Of a stretch of DNA of 57,467 bases, positions 1 to 11,800 are shown one piece after another (positions within the stretch are counted from its first letter, which is position 1; each line of letters opens with the position of its first letter). Made by a program: the position numbers and the translations under genes. Source of the DNA: a bacterium (GTDB lineage: Bacteria; Margulisbacteria; Marinamargulisbacteria; GCA-2716485; GCA-002719695); assembly GCA_002719695.1 (NCBI GenBank), contig PBEQ01000016.1, positions 1-57,467 on the forward strand. The letters are read 5' to 3'. The notes beneath the pieces were generated by a model that saw nothing but the letters and a program-made list of their open reading frames with translations, was not told the origin of the DNA and did not search any database.

Positions 1-67
1 TAAATATAAGCGATAGGGGACGTAATATAACTTTTAAATTCTTTTTTAAATAAGGTTATGATAATTT

Positions 68-1000
68 TCATGATTTTTCCTTTGTGAGTTCGATAAAAAT
101 ATCTTCTAAGGAGGTTTCTTCTATTCTTAATTCATTTAAAATCCATTTTTCTTTGACGGCTATATTAAATAATTGGGTTCTACAATCATCACTACTGGTT
201 ATTTTATAGCTTGTTAATGCTTCGTTGGTTCCGATTTCTTTGATTGAGGTGATGGTTATGTTATGGTTATTGAGAGCTTTTTCTAATATGTCTTTAGGTG
301 CTGATATAGATAGAAAGATATTTTTTTCTTTACTTCCTGTTGCTTGAAGTTCTTTGGGGGATCCATTGGCAATAATATTACCTTGTTTTAAGATAAAAAC
401 GCGAGAACACGTTGCGGATACTTCTGATAATATGTGAGAACATAATACAATGGTTGTTTCTTTTCCAAGTTCTTTGATTAGGTGACGAATCTCAATGATT
501 TGATTCGGATCAAGTCCTACGGTTGGTTCATCTAAGATTAGAATTTCAGGTTTATGCATTAAGGCTTGTGCTAAGCCCACCCGTTGTTTGAAACCTTTTG
601 AGCATTCTTCGATAGGTTTGGTTAATACTTGACCAAGTTCGCATAGATCTATAACACGTTTTATTTGGGATTGTTGGTGTGAGGGTTCAATTTTTCTAAT
701 ATGAGAGATAAATTTTAAATAATCAAGGACGGTCATATCTGGGTACAGAGGATTATTTTCTGGCAGATAACCAATCATACGTTTAATTTCAAATGCATCT
801 TCTGTGATTGATAACCCATTGATGGTTGCCTTACCGGAAGTAGGTGGCATAAAACATGTTAAAAGTTTCATGGTAGTGGTTTTGCCAGCACCATTAGGCC
901 CTAAAAACCCAATAATCTCTCCTTTGTTAATGTTAAAAGAGAGATTATTTATAGCTGTTATACTATCGTATTGTTTTGTTAACCCCTTTACATCAATCAT
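68..1000 (-). CDS. ABC transporter ATP-binding protein (ABC-2/CcmA-like exporter ATPase)
   Basis: 310-aa ORF. Walker A GPNGAGKTT, signature-like CSKGFKQRV, Walker B ILILDEPTVGLD, H-loop CSHIL. Starts 3 nt after the htpG stop, so probably co-transcribed. Confidence 0.9.
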   Translation of the reverse strand: MIDVKGLTKQYDSITAINNLSFNINKGEIIGFLGPNGAGKTTTMKLLTCFMPPTSGKATINGLSITEDAFEIKRMIGYLPENNPLYPDMTVLDYLKFISHIRKIEPSHQQSQIKRVIDLCELGQVLTKPIEECSKGFKQRVGLAQALMHKPEILILDEPTVGLDPNQIIEIRHLIKELGKETTIVLCSHILSEVSATCSRVFILKQGNIIANGSPKELQATGSKEKNIFLSISAPKDILEKALNNHNITITSIKEIGTNEALTSYKITSSDDCRTQLFNIAVKEKWILNELRIEETSLEDIFIELTKEKS

Positions 1001-1003
1001 ATT

Positions 1004-2878
1004 TTATTTTGTTTTAGCAGTTGTTAATTCTTTCATTAATTCATTGGATCGATTAATAAAGGATTGTGTTTCTTCTCCTGTTAACGGTTGTTTTGACATT
1101 TTAGCTAAATCATAAATATGATGACATAATTTGGTAACTAAAGGTTCTTTTTCAGAGCTTGTATTTAGTGCCATTAAATCTTTTACTAACTCATTATTAT
1201 TGTTGACTACTAATGTAAAATCATCAAAAATACCTGTTCCTTTATCTTGCATGAAATGACTCATGTTTTTCATTCGTTTTACATGTTCAGATTCTAAAAT
1301 CATTCCAGAAATTGTAGTAGATTTTAAGGCTTTAATATCTACTTTTATTTTATCATTATTAAGTGCTTTTTTGAAAATATCTGCTAATTTGTCATTGTTG
1401 GTTTTATTATCTTGGTCAACGACCTCTGTTTTTTTGTTTTCATCAACTAATAAATCTGATAATTCTGAATCAACAGAACAATATTTTGTTGTGCTATCTT
1501 TTGATTCTAAGAATTGTAGAAAATGAGTATCAATTAAGGCGTGGGTAAATAAGACTTCAACATCTTGATCTTTACACATATTAACATAGGTAGCCTGACC
1601 ATCTTTATCACTGCAATAAATAACTTTATCTTTTATTTTTTCTTTATTACGTTCTAAATATTCTGGGATACTAGTTTTATAGCCTAAGGAGGATTCGAAA
1701 ATAATAATATCTTTTACCTTTGTATAAAAATCATCGTTTTGCATCATTCCATATTTGATAAAAGGACTAATGTCATTCCAGATAGATTCAAAATGATTTT
1801 TATCTTTTTTAGCTAAATCATTTAATTTATCAGCTACTTTTTTGATTATATGTTTTGATATTTTTTGAACATAAGGATCATTTTGTAAATAACTTCGTGA
1901 AACGTTTAGAGGAATATCAGGACAATCAATGGCTCCTTGTAACAAGGTTAAAAATTCAGGGATAATGGCATTGGCATTATCTGATACAAAGACTTGTTTA
2001 CAAAATAATTTTACCTGACCTTTATTTGAATCAAGTTCATGCATTACTTTTGGAAAATATAATATTCCTTGTAAGTTAAATGGATAATCAACATTTAAGT
2101 GAATCCAAAATAATGGGTCTCCGTTATAAGGAAATAGTTTTTGGTAAAACTCTTTGTAGTCTTCTTCTTTTACATCTTTTGGAGTTTTAATCCATAATGG
2201 ATTTTTTTCGTTTGCTGTTACTCCATTTACTTGGATATTAATGGGTAAAAAGTTTGTATATTTTTTTACTAGATCTTTTATTTTTGTTTCATTTAAGTAT
2301 TCTTTGTTTTCATCGTTGATATGTAAAATAATGTCGGTACCAATCTCTTTTTTATCAGACTTTTTGATGGTGTAGTCGGTACTTCCTGTACATGACCAAA
2401 AAATAGCTTCAGCATCTTTTTTGTAAGATTTAGAATTTATTTCTACTAAGTCAGCTACCATGAAAGATGAATAAAATCCTAACCCAAAATGACCAATAAT
2501 CTCACTTTTATCTTTTGAATCATTTTCTTTTATTTTTTGAACAAATTCTTCTGCTCCTGAAAATGCAATTTGAGTAATATACTTTTCAACTTCCTCTGCA
2601 TCCATTCCAAGTCCTGTATCAGCAAATGTTATGGTTTTCTTTTTTTCATCAATAATGATGTTAATGTTAGGTTCTTTTAAATCTTTGATATCTTCAAGTG
2701 CTGCTAATTTTTGTAGTTTGGTTGTTGCATCAAAGGCGTTTGAGGCTAATTCTCTTAAAAATATTTCATGATCAGAGTATAACCATTTTTTAATTATTGG
2801 AAAAATGTTTTCAGTATGTATACTAATTTCGCCTTTTTTAATATCGTTTGTTTTTTTTGTAGTTTGTTCTTTAGGCAT
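1004..2878 (-). CDS. htpG: Molecular chaperone HtpG (Hsp90 family)
   Basis: 624-aa ORF. Hsp90/GHKL N-box ELASNAFDA, plus GLGMD and GHFGLGFYS motifs. Full-length HtpG architecture. Confidence 0.95.
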   Translation of the reverse strand: MPKEQTTKKTNDIKKGEISIHTENIFPIIKKWLYSDHEIFLRELASNAFDATTKLQKLAALEDIKDLKEPNINIIIDEKKKTITFADTGLGMDAEEVEKYITQIAFSGAEEFVQKIKENDSKDKSEIIGHFGLGFYSSFMVADLVEINSKSYKKDAEAIFWSCTGSTDYTIKKSDKKEIGTDIILHINDENKEYLNETKIKDLVKKYTNFLPINIQVNGVTANEKNPLWIKTPKDVKEEDYKEFYQKLFPYNGDPLFWIHLNVDYPFNLQGILYFPKVMHELDSNKGQVKLFCKQVFVSDNANAIIPEFLTLLQGAIDCPDIPLNVSRSYLQNDPYVQKISKHIIKKVADKLNDLAKKDKNHFESIWNDISPFIKYGMMQNDDFYTKVKDIIIFESSLGYKTSIPEYLERNKEKIKDKVIYCSDKDGQATYVNMCKDQDVEVLFTHALIDTHFLQFLESKDSTTKYCSVDSELSDLLVDENKKTEVVDQDNKTNNDKLADIFKKALNNDKIKVDIKALKSTTISGMILESEHVKRMKNMSHFMQDKGTGIFDDFTLVVNNNNELVKDLMALNTSSEKEPLVTKLCHHIYDLAKMSKQPLTGEETQSFINRSNELMKELTTAKTK

Positions 2879-3033
2879 ATATATTTATTCTCCTGTTTAA
2901 ATGTTCTAAAATTTTTGATGTATTTTACAATAGTTTAAATGGGTTTTAAATAGAAATATATTTTTTACTATGTTTGTGGTACTGTTAGATTGCTTGATTG
3001 TTTTTTGTTAGCCTATTACACTTTATATTAAAT

Positions 3034-4881
3034 ATGAAATTATTAAATCGTTTTTTTTATTACTTAAAAAATATAACGAGTCCTTATTTGTATTGGGTTA
3101 TATTTTTACACTTTTTATATTTGTTTCAAATACATTCTACAGAAAGTATGGGGGGGTTTTATTTTAATGTTAAAGGAGTTTTTTTAATTCTTATTAGTTT
3201 TTTACCTATTATTTGTTTGTTTTATTTTGTTAATATTGGTTTGAATCGATACCCTAAATTATTGGTTCTTGGTAATGTTGGATTATTACTTTTTTATGGT
3301 TTGTTTGCGGGATATCATTTTCATGCTAAAACACAGTTTATTTGGGATATGTTTAAGGATAATGTTGCTAATGCTTTTTATCTAGAATCAGTTATTTTTA
3401 TGTGGAATTCATTAAATAAAGATGTTTTGCTTTATTTTTGTGCTTTTCTTTTGATTATGTTGTTTATGCAATGGCGGTATCGTTCCCTTTCAAGGTATGC
3501 TAATCGTATCCAGTCTAAGCGACCTATATTAGTTGTTGTTGCGTTATATAGCTTTTGTTTGATTTCTAATGTTCCTTGTTATGATCCTATTAGTGGTTTT
3601 TTTAAGTCTATTTATGTTTATTATTTTAAATCGTCATTTAATGTTGCTTATGAGGAAGGTACTTATCCATTGATTAAATATGGAAATAAAGATTTTAATT
3701 TTTTCACATCAAATCAAACACAAAAACCAACTATTTTTTTAATTGTTGCTGAATCTTTAAATCAAAGTGTTATTCATAAAAAAACGAGTTATGGTGAGCC
3801 TATTACGCCATTTCTTAATAAATTAGAAAAAAGTAGTTTAGTTGTGAAAAATTTTTATGCAAATTCTATTCAGTCAGCAAAGGGTAGAGTCAGTATGTTT
3901 TTGTCTTTAATGCCTAGTATTTCTAATAAAATGACAACTCAATTTACTGATTTGAATGTTTTATCTATGGCTGATGTTATGGAGGAAAATGGGTATGGGA
4001 GTGTTTTATTTCATGCTTGTGATTTGAATGATTTTGATAATTCACAAGCTTTTTTTCGTGATCGAGGATTTATTATGGAGACAGTTAAATCATATCTGAA
4101 AGATGATGATTCTCCTTATATTTGGAGATCATGGGGTCCCGAAGATAATGTTTTTTTTAAGCGTTTTTTTGATTATTATGATCAGCAAAACTTTAAAGAT
4201 CAGCCTATGTTTTATTCACTTATTACGGTTGCTTCACATGTTCCGTTTAGTATTGTTCCAGAAGATCGTCGATTGTTGTATAAAAAACCGAAATCTATTC
4301 ATGAAGAGTATGCTAATAGTATGCATTTAGTTGATAAAGGGATTGCTGTTTTTTTTGACGAGTTAAAAAAGCGTGATTTATATGATTCTAGTATTGTTAT
4401 TATTACATCGGATCATACGATTCCTATGGGTGAGCATGGTATTTATCATCAAGAAGTAGGTTATTATGAAGAATCGTTTCGAATTCCATTTTATGTTCAT
4501 TGGCCGAATCAAATTAAGCCTCAGGTTATTACAAAACCTTTTTCTCAGCTTGATATTGCACCTACTATTTTGGATATGATTGATGCTGATGTTTCCAAAC
4601 ATTCGTTTATGGGTCGAAGTATTTTTTCGGATCGTATAGAACCGGTCTATTTAATTCAACCGTATGGTAAACATTTGGCTATAGTTGATTGGCCATATAA
4701 GTTTATTTGGCACTCTCGGTCTGGAACTGCTTCGGTGTATGATTTACAAAATGATCCAAATGAAACTAAAAATATTGTGTCTCGTATTGATGATGCGTTA
4801 CTAGCGGTTTTTCAGAAAGAATTAAATACTATTTATCTTAATCAATTATTGTATACTAATAATGCTGTTTATAAACCTTAA
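3034..4881 (+). CDS. Membrane-anchored sulfatase/LtaS/OpgB-family (alkaline-phosphatase superfamily) transferase
   Basis: ORF opens with TTG at 2998; the first ATG is at 3034 (MKLLNRF). Several N-terminal TM helices are followed by an AP-superfamily core (LIVAESL, ITSDHTIPMGEHG). A G7 run lies at 3150-3156. Confidence 0.7.
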   Translation: MKLLNRFFYYLKNITSPYLYWVIFLHFLYLFQIHSTESMGGFYFNVKGVFLILISFLPIICLFYFVNIGLNRYPKLLVLGNVGLLLFYGLFAGYHFHAKTQFIWDMFKDNVANAFYLESVIFMWNSLNKDVLLYFCAFLLIMLFMQWRYRSLSRYANRIQSKRPILVVVALYSFCLISNVPCYDPISGFFKSIYVYYFKSSFNVAYEEGTYPLIKYGNKDFNFFTSNQTQKPTIFLIVAESLNQSVIHKKTSYGEPITPFLNKLEKSSLVVKNFYANSIQSAKGRVSMFLSLMPSISNKMTTQFTDLNVLSMADVMEENGYGSVLFHACDLNDFDNSQAFFRDRGFIMETVKSYLKDDDSPYIWRSWGPEDNVFFKRFFDYYDQQNFKDQPMFYSLITVASHVPFSIVPEDRRLLYKKPKSIHEEYANSMHLVDKGIAVFFDELKKRDLYDSSIVIITSDHTIPMGEHGIYHQEVGYYEESFRIPFYVHWPNQIKPQVITKPFSQLDIAPTILDMIDADVSKHSFMGRSIFSDRIEPVYLIQPYGKHLAIVDWPYKFIWHSRSGTASVYDLQNDPNETKNIVSRIDDALLAVFQKELNTIYLNQLLYTNNAVYKP

Positions 4882-4997
4882 CTTAAGATTTAAAAAATCG
4901 TTTAAATAACAAATTAGTTTGAGTGGTTACACCTAATTAGCATTGCTTGATTAACTATTTTTTATGATATACTAATGAAAAAAAGGGTGATTTTTGG

Positions 4998-6506
4998 ATG
5001 TTAAATCGATATCTTTTTAGTCGTGTTGTTAACTGTTTGGTATTGTTTGTAATTGTGCTGTTGGTTGGTTGTGGTAATTCTGACATAGATAGTAGCGGGG
5101 AGCTAACTAATTTTAATGTTTCAGGATCTATTTCAGGCGCTGTTTCAGGTTTGCAATTGTTGCTGCAAAATCAAGATACAGAAGCTGTTTATTTGGCGAC
5201 GGTTGATGAGAACGGGAGTTTTTCTGTAGATGTTGGTACTCATGCTGAAAATGATGCTGGAAATGTGTTTTTTGTAAGTATTATTAGTAATAATCGTTAT
5301 GTTGGTGCTGTTGTTGATACTTATGAAACAGCGGATACAGAGGTTTCAACCGGCATTTCTATTGCTAGCTCTGAAACAGATTTGTCGATAGGTTTTGATG
5401 CTAATAAAGGGGTTGGGATTTTATCTGATAATGATAATACCATTACGTTTAATTCAACATTTAAAACACGTTTAAGTTCTGAAAAACCCGTTGGAATGGG
5501 CTCTGTTGGTAAGGGGGCCTTATCCAAAACAACTACGCTTGAGTTAGGCAATAAGCTAGACAAGGATCAAGATGGAGTTCCTAATCTTTTTGATGCTATG
5601 GATAATGGAGAGGATTTAGATAATACAAATATTACTACGAGTGTAGCTGCTATAGCTGGGTCGGCTGTTGTTTCACAAGCGACTATGTTTATGAATTATA
5701 AAATTGATGTTGGTGCAACCGATACCACAATGACGAACAATGCTAATATTACGATAGAGGTTAAAGCTAATGATGCTTCTAGAATTACGAGTATTGTAGC
5801 GGATTCTGTTCATGCTCATTATGCTTCATCAACAACAACGTTGTTGCCTATAGGGTTTACTGCTATTGATCCATTTCCGTCGCAAGGAACTCTATGGTCA
5901 GATACCGGTAATGCTTTATACCATGCTCAAAATATGGAAGGGGAGGATATTTGGACTGTTTTTTTAAAGCCGAATAATAATGATTTTGTAGCGGGAGATT
6001 TAATTCGATTAAAAGCGACATTAACGGATGGACGTGAGGAATATTATTGGGTTACGATTCACTTTAAATTTGAAGATAGCCAATTACCTGTTGATTTTGC
6101 ATCATGGATTCATGGAGGAAGTGGTACAACAACGGATCCCTATTGTATTTTAGATACGGGTGGTCGAGTGTTTAATTGGGATGCACCTCGTGATAGTAGT
6201 GGCGGATCCCTTTTAGGACTTGATTATGCGATAGAGTTATTTTACTTAGAAAATGCAAGTCCAGAATCTGTTGTGCATGAGGGTGTAGCTCATGTATATG
6301 ACCTTGGTGAAGATGTATATTATAGTAACGGAACGGGGGATAACCCGTTAACCCAAGCACATATTGATTTATATGAATCCGCGTCACCATCGCCAAATTT
6401 ATTACAAGTAGATATCAAAGCAAGTTATGAGTATGGTGATAATACAGCACTCAAAATATATCTAGCTCGTAAAAAATGGGGAGAGACCTCAGGTTGCCCT
6501 GAATGA
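4998..6506 (+). CDS. Lipoprotein of unknown function with thrombospondin-type-3-like Ca-binding motif
   Basis: Signal peptide with lipobox LLVGC. DKDQDGVPNLFDAMDNGEDLD resembles a TSP3 DxDxDG repeat. No catalytic motif recognised. Confidence 0.6.
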   Translation: MLNRYLFSRVVNCLVLFVIVLLVGCGNSDIDSSGELTNFNVSGSISGAVSGLQLLLQNQDTEAVYLATVDENGSFSVDVGTHAENDAGNVFFVSIISNNRYVGAVVDTYETADTEVSTGISIASSETDLSIGFDANKGVGILSDNDNTITFNSTFKTRLSSEKPVGMGSVGKGALSKTTTLELGNKLDKDQDGVPNLFDAMDNGEDLDNTNITTSVAAIAGSAVVSQATMFMNYKIDVGATDTTMTNNANITIEVKANDASRITSIVADSVHAHYASSTTTLLPIGFTAIDPFPSQGTLWSDTGNALYHAQNMEGEDIWTVFLKPNNNDFVAGDLIRLKATLTDGREEYYWVTIHFKFEDSQLPVDFASWIHGGSGTTTDPYCILDTGGRVFNWDAPRDSSGGSLLGLDYAIELFYLENASPESVVHEGVAHVYDLGEDVYYSNGTGDNPLTQAHIDLYESASPSPNLLQVDIKASYEYGDNTALKIYLARKKWGETSGCPE

Positions 6507-6626
6507 TATTTATGTAAATATTTTTAGATTTATCAGGTTTTAGAGACCAAAAAGTTTAATTAGTTGTTTGTTAGGAAGCTTTGTCTCATATACGATCGTT
6601 TGCTGCAGCGTAATGAACTGGGTTTC

Positions 6627-8630
6627 TTATGAATTATTTTTTAATTCATTAATCTGATCTCGTAAGACAGCGGCTAATTCAAATTCTAAATTGGCTGCAG
6701 CATCGTTCATTTGTTTTTCAAGAGTTTTAATAATAGTTAGTTGTTCTTTAGGAGAGTTTGTTTCTAAATTAGTTAGTGTTTGAGTAACATCTTTACGGGC
6801 ATTTGATCGAATATCTGTGATTTTCTTTCGGATAGACTGGGGTTTTATATTATGTTTTTTATTGTAAGCTTCTTGAATGGTTCGTCTTCTTTTGGTTTCT
6901 TTAATGGCGACTGTCATGGAATCAGAGAGTCTATCTGCGTATAATAAAACGGTTCCTTGTTCATGGCGAGCAGCTCTTCCGATGGTTTGAATAAGAGAGC
7001 GTTCCGTTCTTAAAAAGCCTTCTTTATCTGCATCTAAAATAATGACAAGGGATACCTCGGGTAAATCAAGACCTTCTCGTAGTAAATTAACACCTACTAG
7101 AACATCTATCTTTCCCGTTCTTAAATCGTGTAGAATATCAACTCGATCTAAGGTGCTAATTTCGGAGTGTAAATATTGTACTTTAATAGATTGTTGGCTT
7201 AAAAAGTCACTTAAATCTTCGGACATTTGTTTTGTTAAGGTTGTAACAAGTACTCGCTCTTCTTTTTTAATACGTTTTTTTATTTCAGCTAAAATATCAT
7301 CAATTTGACCTTTGGATGGTCGAACATCAATGATAGGATCTAATAATCCTGTTGGTCTAATAATTTGTTGAGCACAATCATAATGATCCCATTTGGTTGT
7401 ATTAGGTTCTGCTTTTACATTTTTTAAATAGGTTTTTTCAAGTTCATAGTCTCCTGGTGTTGCAGAAACATAAATACACGTCGGAATTTTGGTTTCGAAT
7501 TCAGAAAACGTTAAGGGGCGGTTATCTTTTGCGGATGGTAGTCGAAAACCGTAGTCTACTAAATTTTGTTTTCGACTTTGGTCTCCGTTATACATTCCTC
7601 TAACTTGAGGAACTGTTACATGAGATTCATCAATAAAGGTAATAAAATCAGCTGGAAAAAAGTCTAGTAAAACACCAGGAGGATCCCCTGCTCGGCGTTG
7701 TGAAAGATGGCGAGAATAATTTTCGATTCCTTTACAGTATCCCATTTCTTGAATCATATCTAAATCATAATTGGTTCGTTGTTTAATACGTTGTGCTTCT
7801 ACTAGTTTTTCTTCTTTTTCAAAATAGTTGATTTGTTCAATAAGCTCCGTTTTGATGTTTTGGATAGCAGATTCTTTATAATCATGAACAACGTAATGGG
7901 TAGCTGGGAAAATTTTAACACTGGTTTCTTCAGATAGCGTTCTTAAAGAGATAGGTTCCAGGATACTTAATTTTTCGCATTCATCTCCAAAAAATTCACA
8001 ACGATAAATAAGCTCATCCCATGAGGCATAAATATCAATAGTATCTCCTTTGATTCGATAACGACCTGCTGTTAATTCAATGTCATTGCGTTCATACTGA
8101 GAAGCTTCAAGTTGATTGAGTAGCTGGCGGCGATTATAAGATTTTCCTAATTCTATATCGATTACCGCTTTTAAATAATCTTCTGGTATACCAAGACCAT
8201 AAATACAGGATACAGATGCGATGATAATAACATCTCTTCGAGTTAATAATGAGCGAGTAGCGCTATGCCGTAATCGTTCAATTTCTTCATTAATATCAGC
8301 TTCTTTTTCAATATAGGCATCTCTACTGGGGATATACGCTTCAGGTTGATAATAGTCGTAGTAGGAAATAAAAAATTCAACAGCATTATCTGGAAAAAAT
8401 TCTTTAAATTCATTGCATAATTGTGCAGCAAGCGTTTTGTTATGGGCAATGATTAAGGTTGGGCGATTCATCTGTTGAATGATATTTGCCATCGTAAATG
8501 TTTTTCCAGATCCTGTAACACCTAGTAAAATTTGATCTTTTTTATTGGTTTTAATACCATTTACTAAGGTTTTAATGGCTTGTGGTTGATCCCCACTAGG
8601 TTCAAAATCGCTAGATAATTTAAATGACAT
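6627..8630 (-). CDS. uvrB: Excinuclease ABC subunit B
   Basis: 667 aa. Walker A GVTGSGKTF, DESH box (FIDESHVT), QTIGRAARH, C-terminal UVR motif ELAAVLRDQINELK. Confidence 0.97.
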   Translation of the reverse strand: MSFKLSSDFEPSGDQPQAIKTLVNGIKTNKKDQILLGVTGSGKTFTMANIIQQMNRPTLIIAHNKTLAAQLCNEFKEFFPDNAVEFFISYYDYYQPEAYIPSRDAYIEKEADINEEIERLRHSATRSLLTRRDVIIIASVSCIYGLGIPEDYLKAVIDIELGKSYNRRQLLNQLEASQYERNDIELTAGRYRIKGDTIDIYASWDELIYRCEFFGDECEKLSILEPISLRTLSEETSVKIFPATHYVVHDYKESAIQNIKTELIEQINYFEKEEKLVEAQRIKQRTNYDLDMIQEMGYCKGIENYSRHLSQRRAGDPPGVLLDFFPADFITFIDESHVTVPQVRGMYNGDQSRKQNLVDYGFRLPSAKDNRPLTFSEFETKIPTCIYVSATPGDYELEKTYLKNVKAEPNTTKWDHYDCAQQIIRPTGLLDPIIDVRPSKGQIDDILAEIKKRIKKEERVLVTTLTKQMSEDLSDFLSQQSIKVQYLHSEISTLDRVDILHDLRTGKIDVLVGVNLLREGLDLPEVSLVIILDADKEGFLRTERSLIQTIGRAARHEQGTVLLYADRLSDSMTVAIKETKRRRTIQEAYNKKHNIKPQSIRKKITDIRSNARKDVTQTLTNLETNSPKEQLTIIKTLEKQMNDAAANLEFELAAVLRDQINELKNNS

Positions 8631-8827
8631 GATAGTTGCTAAAGGTATTTAGATAAGTAGCCTTGTAGGGATTAAGTTAAGGCATAATATGTGCTTCATA
8701 ATTTAACTATAACAAAGCTCAAAGAAGTTTGGTACTATATAATCAAAAAAAATGAAATATATTGTGTTAAAAAGACGATAACTGTAATAGTTAAGGGTAT
8801 CTTTAAGAATTATTAACATGGAGATAT

Positions 8828-11800
8828 ATGAGATATTTTAGTTTGATTTTAACATTGTTATTATTTTCTATGTCGCTACATGCGTCTGATATTGTCGTAA
8901 ACATTGATCCTAATCCTGTACAGCTTGAATCTTATTTTCGAATTTCTGTTGTTTCTGAAAAGCCTATCAAGGAAGCAATCTTATTAGTTGGAGATGATAT
9001 GTTTCCACTTAAAAAAGTGTCAGATCAATTATTTAAAATAAAATTGAAAGCATTTAATGATCTGGATTCAAATAATGTGTTTGTGAATGTTGTTTTTACA
9101 TCTTCAAAAGTTCAAATGTTGCCTGTTCAAATTAATGTTTCGCAAGGAAATGTATATCAACCAGGTATCAATGTATCTATAGATTCAGATAATTTTAATT
9201 CTGTTAGTATTGATAATACAAAATTGGAAATAGAGTATCTTGAAGATAAATTAGACTTGTTGGACCAAAAAAATAAACGCTTAAATAACGAAATTGCCAA
9301 TTTAAATCAACGCTTAAAAAATCAGAATCAATTGGATCTTACAAAAAAAGAAATTGCTCAAGAACAAAAAAAATTAGATCAACTTACGGATTTGCTAAAA
9401 CAAGAAATGATTTCGAAGCAAAATTCGATTATGGAACTAAAAAAACAGATGGAACTTTTTAATCTTCGCCAAGATGAGTTTAATAAAAGGGAGCAAGAGT
9501 TAACAAGTTTAAGTGTGAATTTATCGAAACAGTCAGAAGAATTGTTAAATAAAGAACAAAAAATAGCACAAGAAAAATTACTAATTCAGCAAAAAGAAAC
9601 GGCTATTAATCAGCAAAGAAGTTTAGTAAAAACCTCTCAGCTAGAAGTGGTTAAGGATCGTAATATGGTTGATAAAATGAAAAATGAAATTTATGTTCAG
9701 AAAAAAGAGCTTGAGAAAAGAAACAAACAAATTCGTAAGAAAGAAAAAGATTTAGATACGGTTATTGCTAGTATTGAAACAAATAAATCAAATTTGAATT
9801 CAAAAGAAAAACAATTAAAAGGGCTTTCAATTAAAATTAATAGTGAACGTCAAAATTTGATGCGGGTTTCAGAAAAGTTAGATGTAAAAAAGAAACAACT
9901 TGATTTAGAAAAAAATAAGTTTTATCAAGAAAAGTCAGAAAAGGAAAAAAATCTTAAACAAGCACAAAAAAATGTTAATGAGTTTGAAAAGAAATTGCTT
10001 GGTACTGTTTCTGAATTATCGCGTTTAGAAAAAGATTATTTAGATCGGTCTTCTCAATTTCTGAAAGAAAAAGAACGTTTAGATAATGACCGATTAAATT
10101 ATGAAAAAGAAAAAAAAGCATTTGATTTGGAATATAGTAATTTGAAATTGATGGAATCAAAAATAGCTGTACGTGTTGAAATTCTTAATAATCTTGGTCA
10201 GCATATTGATTCACAGTTAAGCTTATTGCATAAACAAATAAGTGAATCAGAGCAAACTAAAAAATCCTATGAATTGGATATGTCTGGTAAAGTTGGTTAT
10301 TTAAATAATCTTACAAAACTTATTGAAAAACGTGCTAACAAAATGGAGTATCGAAATAAGCGATTGATTGTTAAAAATAAACAATTAAGCCAGCGATTAG
10401 CCTCTATTACAGCCCCGGATTATCGTTATTCATTCTCGCCTTATTTTGGTGTTCGTATTAGTGATGATTCCAAGTCTGAATATGATGAGTATGGAATAAA
10501 TTTTTCTGCATTTCTAGAAAAAGGTTACAGTGTTACGTTGGGCGTTGGAACAGCAAGTTATATGAAAAATTCTAATTCTAATCATCAAAATATAGTTAAT
10601 GAGTCGATGGGGTATATTTCGTTAGCTTATTTACTTAATCCAAAAGAACAGTTAGGGTTTTATATCAGATCATTGGTAAGTAGGCCTCTTAAAATGGCTG
10701 CTGCTGAAATAAATTTTGGGGCTGGTTTAGATCTTAAGTACCATCATAATGCTAAATTTTCATCTTTTTTTGGTGGTTATTTTCTTGAAGCGCCTTATTT
10801 TTCATTTGGTGTTGAAAAATATATTATTCCAACATTTAAAAAATCAATAGCATTTGATAATCAAAAAAATACACCAACTGTAGATGAGTTTGAAATAGAA
10901 AATCAGGCTACTTTTGATTCAAATAATGATGTTTTTCTTTCATTTAATTCGATTAGACCTTATTTTTGTTTTTTTCCAAAATCACAGCGTTTTGATGATG
11001 TATCAAGCTCTTGGTATGAAGCGTCTGTTAATAGAACCTCATCATTAGGGTTGTTTGATCTAAAGAATTCTACAGTATTTAATCCAAAAGGATATCTAAC
11101 ATTTAAAGATATATCCTATTCTTTGGTTTGGGCACGTTATATTGATCAAATGGTTAAACCAGCTCCTATTAAAGTTGAATTTTCAATTGTTTCGGATATA
11201 CAACAGTCTGTATTTTTATCATTTTATATTTTTGATAAAAATGGAAATAAGATTAAGCAGCTTGTAGATAAAAAAGAATTTTTTATTGGTGATCATTCGT
11301 TTACTTTTGATCCTCAGTTTTCTTCTCTACAAGAGGGTTCTTACACGTTAGTATGTGATGTTTTTGTTAATAAAATTTCAAAAGCTAAATCAGTAGGGTA
11401 TAATTTAGAGTCTATTTTGATTACAAGCTATAAAGAAGATTTTATTATTAATGGAGGTACATCATTAACAGACTTTCCAGAAATTAAAGCTAATTTTAAT
11501 GCTAAAGAAACGGTCCCATACATAAAACAAGCTATTGATTATAATTGGTTATCGTTTGATAAGAATGATATTGATTTGTTTAGTAATCAAGCGGTTACTC
11601 GTTTAGATTTTATTGAAATTGTAGGTCGCTTTCTTTTAGAGGAAGGGGCTCAAAATCGCAATATTGAGGTTGATTTAACGTATTATAAAGACTTATCTCT
11701 AATACCAAAAGAAAAGCAAAAATTCTTAAAGGAATATGTTATTGAGTTGGGTTATGGAGGCGATCAAAATCAAAAATTAAATCCTTATCAATATTTAACC

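Noticed and set aside
2879-2997. Heat-shock (sigma-32 or CIRCE) promoter upstream of htpG
   Set aside because: Only a CCCATTT-like string is present. There is no TTGAAA -35 at the right spacing and no CIRCE inverted repeat.
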